Shown here: positions 53,761-64,000 of the stretch, piece after piece
Position numbering within the stretch: the stretch's first letter is position 1
Layout of the letters: each line of letters starts with the position of its first letter
Assembly: GCA_013239625.1 (NCBI GenBank)
Contig: MU054197.1
Span: 50,596-114,595, forward strand
Source of the DNA: Lama guanicoe
Lineage: Eukaryota
DNA: 64,000 nucleotides
Direction of reading: 5' to 3'
The notes under the pieces: generated by a model
Seen by the model: only the letters and a program-made list of their open reading frames with translations
Databases searched by the model: none
Told to the model about the DNA's origin: nothing
Program-made: the position numbers and the translations under genes

Positions 53761-54536
53761 TGCATGTATGTGGGAAAAGCATTGAAGAAAAGACCCCAGG
53801 AAAAACAAAATATTGTGTAGAACTCTGATATTAAGGGAGGTGATTTGTTCACTTTCTTTACTGTTCTTAAAATTTCCATAGTAGAATTTAAGCTTTTAAA
53901 TGAAAAAGCATATACTTTTGAAAAAGTGATATAAGTTAAAATAATTTCTGTCTCTCCCCTTAAATCAACAGTCAGTGAAACGATCACATCTCAACAAAAA
54001 TAACTGCAACACAAAACAATACTTCAGAACGCATGTGTACAGCTGAAGTTTGGTGGGCTAAAACACATAAAGGTGGCTGAACTGAGGGAAGAGCAGTGTT
54101 GTTGCCTGTGTCCAAAGCCCACTGACTAGGGTATCTGAGCCCACAGATTCAGAGTACCCAGTAGATACAGGGTCTCAGTGATTCACACAGTTTTAGCTTC
54201 CAAGTTCACCAGTACACATGGTCACAGGTAACTAGGAGGGAGCCACAATGAAGACAGAAATTCCATCCTTCAGACACTCAGACATTCATGACACTGTCCC
54301 TACTCCCCATTCAAAGTTGTGGAGACAAGGTACCTTGCAACACTGGACATGTCAAAGGCTCTTGCCTGAATCCAACTACCCACCTGTGTTTACACCTTAC
54401 TTCAATGTGTACACTGAGTCTCAAGGGATATCAAATAAAAGGAAGGGTTTACTGTCCCAGGGACAAAAGTGGCATTAACCTCCATAGAATTCTAAGAAGT
54501 TACAATGAAAGAACATCTTTTATCCAAAAAGCAGCG

Positions 54537-57000
54537 ACTGATGAACATAGACGCCAAATTCCTCACCAAAATTTTAACAAATAGAATCCAACAACACATA
54601 AAAAAGATTATTCATCATGACTAAGTGGGGTTCATCCCAGGGACACAAGGCTGGTTCAACATATGCAAATCAATCAATGTAATACATCACATCAACAAGA
54701 GAAAGGACAAAAACCACATGATCATCTCAATCGATGCAGAAAAAGCATTTGATAAAATTCAACACCAATTTATGATAAAATCTCTCACCAAAGTGGGTAT
54801 AGAGGGAACATATCTCAACATAATAAAAGCTATACATGACAAACCTATAGCCAGCATAGTTCTCAATGGTGAAAAATTCAAATGCTTCCCACTAAAATCT
54901 GGGACAAGACAAGGATGCCCACTATCACCACTCCTATTCAATATAGTCCTGGAAGTCCTAGCCAGAGCAATCAGGCAAGAGAAAGGAATAAAAGGGATCC
55001 AAATTGGAAAAGAAGAGGTAAAAGTGTCATTATATGCTGACGACATGTTACTATATATAGAAAATCCTAAAAGGTCCACAAAAAAAGCTACTAGAGATGA
55101 TTGAAGAATTCAGCAATGTAACAGGTTAAAAAATTAATGTTCAAAAATCAGTTGCCTTTCTTTACACTAACGATAAATCAACAGAAAAAGAAAGTAAAGA
55201 AACAATCCCTTTTAAAATAGCACCCAAAGTAATAAAATATCTGGGAATAAATCTAACCAAGGAGGTGAAAGAATTATACACAGAAAACTATAAACCATTG
55301 ATGAAGGAAATTAAAGAAGACTTTAAAAAATGGAAAGATATTCCATGCTCTTGGATTGGAAGAATCAATATTGTTAAAATGGTCTGTTCACACTAGGCAA
55401 TGTACAGATTTATTGCAATCCCTATCCAACTACCCAGGACATATTTCACAGAACTAGAACAAATCATATTAAAATTTATATGGAACCATCAAAGACCTAG
55501 AATTGAATTGGCATTACTGAAGAGAAAGAAAGAGGCTGGAGGAATAACTCTCCCAGACTTCAGACAATACTATAGAGCTACAGTCATCAAGACAGCATGG
55601 TATTGGTACCAAAACAGACATATAGACCAATGGAACAGAATAGAGAGCCCAGAAATGAACCCACAAACTTTTGGTCAACTCATCTTCGACAAAGGAGGCA
55701 AGAATATACAATGGAATAAAGACAGTCTCTTCAGCAAATGGTGTTGGGAAAACTGGACAGCAGCATGTAAAACAATGAAGCTAGAACACACCCTTACACC
55801 ATATACAAAAATCAACTCAAAATGGATTAAAGACTTAAACATAAGACAAGATACAATAAACCTCCTAGAGGAAAACATAGGCAAAACATTATCTGACATA
55901 CATTTCAAAAATTTTCTCCTAGAAGAAATAAAAGCAAGAATAAACAAATGGGACCTAATGAAACTTACAAGCTTCTGCAGAGCAAAGGAAACCAGAAATA
56001 AAACAAGAAGAAAACCTACGGAATGGGAGAAAATTTTTGCAAGTGAAACCGACAAAGGCTTGATCTCCAAAATATATAAGCAGCTCATACGACTCAATAA
56101 GAAAAAAATAAACAACCCAATCCAAAAATGGGCAGAAGACCTAAACAAGCAATTCTCCAAGGAAGACATACAAATGATCAAAAAGCACATGAAAAAATGT
56201 TCAATATCACTAATTATCAGAGAAATGCAAATCAAAACTACAATGAGGTATCACCTCACACCAGTCAGAATGGCCGTCATTCAAAAATCCAAAAATGACA
56301 AATGCTGGAGAGGCTGTGGAGAAAGGGGAACCCTCCTACACTGCTGGTGGGAATGCAGTTTGGTGCAGCCACTATGGAAAACAGTGTGGAGATTCCTCAA
56401 AAGACTAGGAATAGACTTACCATATGACCCAGGAATCCCACTCCTGGGCTTGTATCCAGAAGGAAATCTACTTCAGGATTACACCTGCACCCCAATATTC
56501 ATAGCAGCACTATTTACAATAGCCAAAACATGGAAACAACCTAAATGTCCATCAACAGGTGACTGGATAAAGAAGATGTGGTATATTTATACAATGGAAT
56601 ACTACTCAGCCATAAAAACCGACAACATAATGCCATTTGCAGCAACATGGATGAACTCAGCCATAAAAACCGACAACATAATGCCATTTGCAGCAACATG
56701 GATGCTCCTAGAGAATGTCATTCTAAGTGAAGTAAGCCAGAAAGAGAAAGAAAAATACCATATAAGATCGCTCATATGTGGAATCAAGAAACAAAAACAA
56801 ACAAACAAACAAAAACAAAGCATAAATACAGAACAGAAATAGACTCATGGACAGAGAATACAGACTTGTGGTTACCGGCGGGGGTAGAGGGTGGGAAGGG
56901 ATAGACTGGGATTTCAAAATTGTAGAATAGATAAACATAATTACACTGTATAGCACAGGGAAATATAGACAAAATGTTATGGTAAATCACAGAGAAAAAA
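54537..57000 (+). mobile_element. Young LINE-1 ORF2 (RT + C-terminal cysteine-rich domain + partial 3'UTR), private to unit B
   Basis: Near-consensus ORF2 protein ([12 protein letters not shown]...[18 protein letters not shown]...LYADDM; 480-aa ORF 55400-56842 with CWRGC...HCWWEC). It carries a few stops and frameshifts and is absent from unit A. Confidence 0.97.
56604..56704 (+). repeat. Perfect 50-bp tandem duplication (51-bp period)
   Basis: actcagccataaaaaccgacaacataatgccatttgcagcaacatggatg at 56604-56653 and 56655-56704. Confidence 0.95.
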
Positions 57001-57444
57001 AAGAAATCTCTCACCTAAGAATACTCTAATTTGCACAGTTATCACTTAGGTATAAAGTGAAAATACAAACTTTACCAGACAAACAAAACCTGAATGAGAT
57101 ATAAAACAAAACCAAGACACCTTACAAAAGGTGCAGAAAAGAGCTTTTCTAAAAAGAATAAAATGGCAAAAATACGCAAAACATTGAACAAAATACTAAG
57201 CAGAGACCACGAGAAAGTTGCAACTGTTTCTTTGGGTATGTTTTTAAATGCTACCATTCTATATGGATTAAGGAGAGGAAAATAGGATATCATTTGCAAT
57301 AAATGTAGATACATCAATCTGGTATGATGTTCACAAAAGTAAAAGAAATAATTTGAGTCAGTATTCATAAAAGGAAAAGAGTGAAAATAAAACAATATTA
57401 AAGGAAGATGCTATCAGTGGAAAAAGGACTAAATTATACATGAG

Positions 57445-57805
57445 ATGTTTTATTTTTAATTGACGTACATTAGATGTACTATATTGTATTGTTTCATATG
57501 TACGGCATAGTGATTCCAACCACACTGTAGATTACATTGCACTATAATTTATTACAAAAATTGTAACATACAATTATTATATGTTATTGTGTATAATTCC
57601 CTGATCTATACAGATTATCCTTGTTGCTTATCTCCTTAATGTATACTACTTTGCATCTGTCAATGCCTGCCATTAAATACTCTTTCCCTTCCCCTTTGGT
57701 AAACATAAATTTTTTCTATATCTTTCAGTCTGCTTCAGTCTTGTCTGTCTAATCTCTCTATCTCTATAACACATCTCAATCAATCTATCTATCGATCTAT
57801 CTGTC

Positions 57806-57852
<47 letters not shown>

Positions 57853-60800
57853 GTCTGTCTATCATGTATCTATGTATCTATCTTTCTATGTATCTATTGA
57901 TCTGTCATCTATCAATAGATATCTATAGATAAATGTACCCAGATATTTGTTATTATTTAGATTCCACATATAAATTATATTATTTACTTTGGTCTTTGTC
58001 TAAGTTACTTCACTAAGCACAATATTTACTAAGCCCATTCATGATGCTGAAATAGCAATGTGTTATACTTTTTCATGGCTGAGTAATATTCCATTGAATA
58101 TTTATAGAAACATCACATATCCTTAAGTCCATATTCAACAGTGGACTCTTGGATTGCTTCCGTGCCTTGCATATTATAAACAGTGTTGTTGTGAACATTG
58201 GTTCTCCTCAATTTAAAGTTTTCCTGAGATTTCTCCTAGGAGAAGAATTACTGTTTCATATGGTAGTTCTATTTTAACTTTTTAAAAAATCTGAATACTG
58301 TTTTCCATAGAAGTTGCACCAATTTATATCCCTACCAAAGTATACAAGAGATTTGCTTCCTCCACATCATCTCCAACATTTTATATTTGAAGACTTTTTG
58401 ATAATAGCCATTTGACCAGTGTGAAATGATACCTCATTGTGGTTTTGAACTGCAATTAACAATAATTATTATTGTTGTGCATTTTTATCACTTGTCCATT
58501 ACTCATCTGTATGTTTTCTTTGGAAAAAATATTAACTAAGTTACTGTGCTCTTTTTTTGATTGGGTTTTTTTTTTTTTCACATTGAGTTCGGTAACTTAA
58601 ATCCATGTTACATCTATTAACCTACATCTACTAACCCCTGGTCATTTGCATTGTTTGTAAATATGTTCTCCAATTACACAGGCAATGTTTTCATTTCATT
58701 GATAGTGTCCTTAGCTGTGCAGAAGTTTTCAAGTTTGTTTATGTCTCACTTGCTTATTTTTGCTTTTATTTCTTTTGCCTTAAGAGACTGATATATGAAA
58801 ATTTTCCCATGATATATATCGAATTGAGTATCATCTATATAACATTCTGGCAGTTTTATACTATCAGGTCTTACATTTAGGTCCTTAATAAACTTGGAGT
58901 TTATTTTTGTATATGATGTCTGGGAATGCTCTAATATCACTGTTTTACATGTAGATGTCCAGCTTTCCCAACACCATTCATTGACGAGACTGTCTTTTCT
59001 CCATTGTGTACTCTTGCCTCTTTTATCATTGATTCATTACTCATAGGTGTGTGGAATTATTTCTAGGCTCTCTATCTGTTTTTATTGATTATATCTCTGT
59101 GCCAATGCCATGCTGTTTTTATTACTGTACGCTTATAATATACTAAGGAATCCTGCAGGTTTATACCTCCAGAGTTGTTGTTTTTTCTAAAGACAATTTT
59201 GGCAATTTTTAATGGTTTCATGTAAATCATAGAGTTATTTATTTTCTGGTTCTGTGTGAAATACTACAACTTTGTAACAGGAATTGCCATAAATCTATAG
59301 GTTTCTTTGTGTAGTACGGCCATGTTAGCAATATTAACTCCTTCAATCCAAGAGCACAAGGCATCTTTTCATTTCTTTGAGTCATTTTTAATTTCTTTGT
59401 CAATTTTTTTTTAATTTTCAGTGTGTAGGTCTTTCATATATGTGGTTACATTTATTCCAAGATGTTCGGTGGGATGGGATTTTAAATAGTATTGCTTTCA
59501 CTGGCCATTTTATGGTATCTCATGGTTAATGTGTAGAAATGCAAGAGACTACTTTACATTAATCTTATACCCTGCTCCATTGCTGAAATAATTTATTGTT
59601 CATAATAGGCTGTGTGGAGCACTTAGGACTCTATGTAGATTGTTATGTCATTAGTAATGGTGAAAATTTTGCCTCTTTCTTTCCATTTGGCATTTCTTTT
59701 ACTTCTTTTTCTTTCCTTTCCTTTCTTCTTTTAATCTGGAACAGAAGTCCTGAGAGTAGGAATACTTGTGTTGTTCCTGAATTTACCCAGAAGACATTCA
59801 GCCTTTCCCCTGAGTATTATAAATTGTTAAAAATGGCCTTTAGTTTTTTGGAGAATTTTCCCAATTTAATCCAATTCCCGGAAGTTTTGATCATGAATTT
59901 TTTTCGAATTTTTTTTAATGATTTTTCTGTGTGTATTGACATGGTCCTGTGAATTTTGTCCTTCCATATTAAATTTGTGTCATGCTGATTGACTTATGTA
60001 TGTTGAACCATCTTTGTGACTCTGGAAAGAATCAAACTGATCATTTTGTATAATCCTTTCTATGTATTCCTGGATTAATTTTTTGATGTTCTTTTGAGGA
60101 TTTTTTAATATATAAACATAAGGATATTTGCTTTACATTTTCATTTTTTTTCTAGTGTCTGTGACTGGTTTTGTTTTCATGGTATTGGTGGCTTCATAGA
60201 ATAACTGAGAGAATTTTTCTTCCTCCATCATGTTTTGAAATAGTTGGGAGGAAAGAGGTTTTAGTGAATGCATCCAGGCATTTTGTTCAAGGGGTGTTTT
60301 TTAAATTATAGATATTATTTAACTTATACTGATTGCTCTTTCAAGTTTACTGTATTCTCTTTATTCAGTGTTGGCAAGCTGTACATTTCAAGAAATTTGT
60401 TCATTTCTTTAAGGTCCAGTTGTTTGTCACATAATTGCTCAGAGTGTTTTGATAATCTTTGTTTGCATTTCTGTAATATCAGATGTTATTTCAACTGTTT
60501 CATTTCTTATTTTGTTTGTGTCCACTCTGTATTTCTTGATAAGCCTGGCTAAATGCTTATCAGTTTGTTAATATTTTTAGGAAAAATTAAAGCTTTTGAT
60601 TTTATGACATTTAATTTATTTTTTAATTTTTTATATATTTCATTTATTTTCAAAGTACTCATTAAAGAATTCTTATTCTAATGCCTTTGGGTTTTGCTTG
60701 TTTTTATATCAAGTAATTTTGGGTGTTATGCTTGGTCCTTTGTGTCAGGTTTTTCTTGTTCCTTGTAAAAGGCCTGAATTGTTCTAAACTTACTTGATAG

Positions 60801-61540
60801 ATTTGTCTTTGCTACATCCCATACATCTGATGAAGCTGTGTTTTCATTGTAATTTGTCTCCAGGTATGATTTTATTACCTCTTTGATTTCATCATTGACC
60901 TTGTTTTATTTTATTTTTTTAAAGGATGTGGTTTAATCTCATGTTGGTGCTTTTCATGTTCTTCTTTCTAGAGTTGATGCATAGTTTCATACTTTTTTTG
61001 TATGGAAAAATACTTGCTGTAAACTATATTTGCTTAAAGTTCCTGAGGCTCTTTTCATGACATAGTATGTGGTTAATTCCTTAGAAAACATCCTGTGCAC
61101 ACTTGAGAAGCTTATGTGTTCTTCTTTTCTGATGCAGTGTCCAATAACTCATTTAGGCTCAAATGATCTAATATATTATTAAGACCTCTGTTTCCTTAAA
61201 GATATTCTTTCTGGGTGATCTGGCCATCAGAATAGTGAGGTGTTATACTCAACTACTATTATTGTTTTATAAAGAATTAATTACTTCATGTTTACTAATG
61301 TATCTTTTTATACATATGATCTACACTTTTGGATCCATATATAATTTAATGAGTGTAATACTCTTTTTTAATGTTGATCTCTTATTTCTTTATGTATTCT
61401 TATATTTACCTTTCATTGTGACCCTTATTTTAAAATGTATTTTGTATGATTTGAGCATTGCAATCTGCACTTTCTTGTCATTTCCATGAAATATCTTTTG
61501 TATCTATTTCCTGGCTGTGTTTATCTTCCACCATAAAGTG
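57445..61540 (-). mobile_element. Old LINE-1 (copy B)
   Basis: Paralog of 21550-25590. Confidence 0.88.
57780..57930 (+). repeat. (TATC)n microsatellite with pure (TATC)10 core at 57812-57851
   Basis: Direct reading of the sequence. Confidence 0.92.
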
Positions 61541-61549
61541 AGAAATTTT

Positions 61550-64000
61550 GGGGTGGGATGCCAAGATCGTGGAGGAGAAGGATGCTTGTAGCTCACCCTT
61601 TCTCACAAATGCACCAAGACTCATCCACAGACCCACTCAATTAACCAGAGAACTTGCAGAACTNNNNNNNNNNNNNNNNNNNNNNNNNNNNNNNNNNNNN
61701 NNNNNNNNNNNNNNNNNNNNNNNNNNNNNNNNNNNNNNNNNNNNNNNNNNNNNNNNNNNNNNNNNNNNNNNNNNNNNNNNNNNNNNNNNNNNNNNNNNNN
61801 NNNNNNNNNNNNNNNNNNNNNNNNNNNNNNNGAAGGAGAGGGAGCCTCCAAGGATTGGATCTCTACAGAGTATAAGTTGACTGACAGAACCAAGTTAAAC
61901 AGGTACAGAGGATCCTTGTGACACCCAGCCCAAGATGCATCTTGTCAGCGGAGGGCAGGGTCATGCTTCACGAGCTAGGTGGAAGATGGGGATGGCTGCA
62001 CTGAGGCTGCCCAGGGGAATGGAGGGGTCTGTGTGTCATTGCTATGGGTCCACAGGGCATAAAAACCTAGGCCCTCCATAAAACAACAGGGCAGACATGC
62101 CCTGGGAGGGGAAAGGTGCATTCCCCATCTCTGAAAACCCACAGAATTTTCTAGGTGAAGAGAGCTGGAGCTCAGACACAGCCACCATACCCTCTGGAGC
62201 TTTGCACACAGGTGGCAGTGGGGGTAAAACCTGCATCCACTCCTAAGGACTTAATACCCTCAAGAGCATGACGGGGACTTGTCTACAGCATAAGGCAGAT
62301 AGGATACTTCCGTCCTATTTCCACAGAGAACATGCTCTGCCAAGACAAACAAGAAGCTGAGTTTTGGCCCAAACAGGGACAGGGATGTTTCTTAGTCTAC
62401 CCTGAGCCCAATCCAGTGTGCAAACCTGAGGCGGAGCATACAGTGGTAAAGAGCAGTGGAGAGACTGGCAACCTGAGGGGCTGTTGGACCCCCACCTTTT
62501 GGGATGGAATGCAGCCCCTGACCACGTGGCTGTGAGAGGTCTTGACGCCCACTCCTGCCTGGTCAGTCTGAAACATCTGACTGTAACATCGGGCAGGGCA
62601 GTGACAAGCCAGCCCACAGTAAAGAGAGCTGCTTGGGAACAAGTGTTGGGAGTAAGAGTGATCTACTTGCTGACAGGCCCTGGGAGCAGCACAGAGGAGG
62701 GCTCCAATGGAGGGCCAAAGGAAAAAGCAAGTTGAGCTTCCAAAACAGGATGAATAGAGAAAGAGTTCACATTAAAAGTACACAATATCCAGGAGAACAC
62801 TGAACACCCCCTTGTTTTAATCTGTTTTCACCTGTTCCATTTTCTATTACCCTCTTAATTTTTAATTTTTCTGCAGATATAAATACCCCCATTTTAATCC
62901 CTTTGAAATTTATAAAAATATTTTTATTATTATTATTTTTCAAAATTGTGCTTCAACTTGCTTTCATATATTTATTATGCAATGTCTTCAAACCTTTATT
63001 TCTCCCTTCTTTAAAATTATTTATCTCTCTCTCTCTCAAATTTTCTCTTTTCTTAGTTGTATTACTACATAGGAATTAGGTTGATAAACTCTTTTAGGAC
63101 TGCAGTCGATAACTGATACTCCATAAACCACAGTGCCAGAGAGGTAGGAGCAGGATGAATAAGCAGAGAAACAAGTTGCAATTAAAAGAACAAGAGAAAT
63201 CCCCTGAAAGAATGATCAGTGAAATTGGGATTGATAGCCTAGGATATCATGATTTCAAAAAAGTAGAGATCAAATTATTGAAGTAAATAAAAGATAATGT
63301 TTAGAGATATAAAATATGTTAAAAATGAAATTGAAGCTATAAAGAAGAGTCGAGTAAAATAGGTAAACTTGTTGACTGAGATGAGGAATTAACTAAAGTG
63401 TCACAAAGCTGACAAGACAATGCAGAGGAACTACATAGTGACTTAGAAGACAGGACAGTACAAAGCATCCAATCAGAAGAGCTAGAAGAGAAACAATGGG
63501 AAACAAATGAAAAAATCATAAGAGACCTATGGGATAATATAAAGCATGCTAATCTTGCCATGATAGAAGTCCCAGAAGGGGAGGATAGATCAAAGGGGAT
63601 TGCAACGGTGTTTGAAGAAATGATGACTGAGAACTCCACAAACATAAAAAAGGAATCAGATATCCAACTACAGGAAGCTCAGAGTGTCCCAAACAGGAAG
63701 AACCCAAATACAGCCACACCAAGACATATAATTTAGATGGTCATAGTCAAGGATAAAGAAATGATCCAAAAGGAAGCAAGAGAAAGTAAACATTGAGTTA
63801 CAAAGGAATTCCCTTAAGGTTCACACCTGATTTCACTACAACAATACTACAGGCCTGAAGGGAATGGAAAGATATACTCAAATTCCTGAATGAAAAAACT
63901 GATATACACTAGGATACTTTAACCAGCAGGGCTGCCCTTTTTGGTAGAAGGAGACATAAAGAATTTCACAGACAAGAAAAAGCTACAAGAGTTTAGCAAC
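61550..64000 (+). mobile_element. LINE-1 5'UTR and ORF1 (ATG ~63155), copy B, runs off window
   Basis: Paralog of 25605-27986 with the same upstream flank (ccaccata.agtgaga). Confidence 0.93.

Larger units (their letters stand above)
7627..61831. other. Five assembly gaps: 7627-7685, 8649-8826, 32219-32282, 49177-49407, 61664-61831
   Basis: N runs. Confidence 1.
34798..64000 (+). repeat. Ampliconic unit B (runs off window end)
   Basis: Colinear with 1-27986. The offset drifts from ~34.8 kb to ~34.4 kb through indels, then jumps to ~35.9 kb after the private L1 insertion at 54537-57000. Confidence 0.97.

Noticed and set aside
56604..56704. Direct repeats as a CRISPR-like array (also 29208-29330)
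   Set aside because: Only two adjacent copies, no spacers, embedded in mammalian L1 ORF2.
55400..56842. 480-aa ORF as a host gene or active L1
   Set aside because: It is the L1 ORF2 C-terminal half; the element is 5'-truncated and has upstream stops and frameshifts.
1..64000. Units A and B as falsely duplicated haplotypes
   Set aside because: ~15% divergence in the counted segment and private structural changes far exceed allelic variation.

Overview
AT-rich, CpG-poor, LINE-1-saturated mammalian DNA, almost certainly from a Y-chromosome amplicon. It is probably camelid: the young L1 3' UTR resembles my recollection of camelid L1, and I see no pig PRE-1 or ruminant Bov SINEs. This is an inference. 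The window holds two head-to-tail copies of a ~34.8-kb unit: A 1-27986 aligns colinearly with B 34798-64000, at roughly 85% identity in the one segment I counted by hand. Each unit carries one two-exon HSFY (heat shock transcription factor, Y-linked) copy. Both copies are pseudogenes with different lesions. Copy A has 2 nonsense codons and 1 frameshift. Copy B has a 222-bp promoter deletion, ATG>GTG, 1 frameshift and a GT>TT donor, while its exon 2 is still open. The rest is nested L1 elements, a solo LTR, a probable MER76/ERVL relic and microsatellites. Unit B also has a private young L1, truncated at both ends, that replaced ~1 kb of target DNA. I found no intact protein-coding gene, RNA gene or CRISPR array, and no evidence for a wholly new system. 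The interest lies in amplicon evolution and retrotransposition mechanics.
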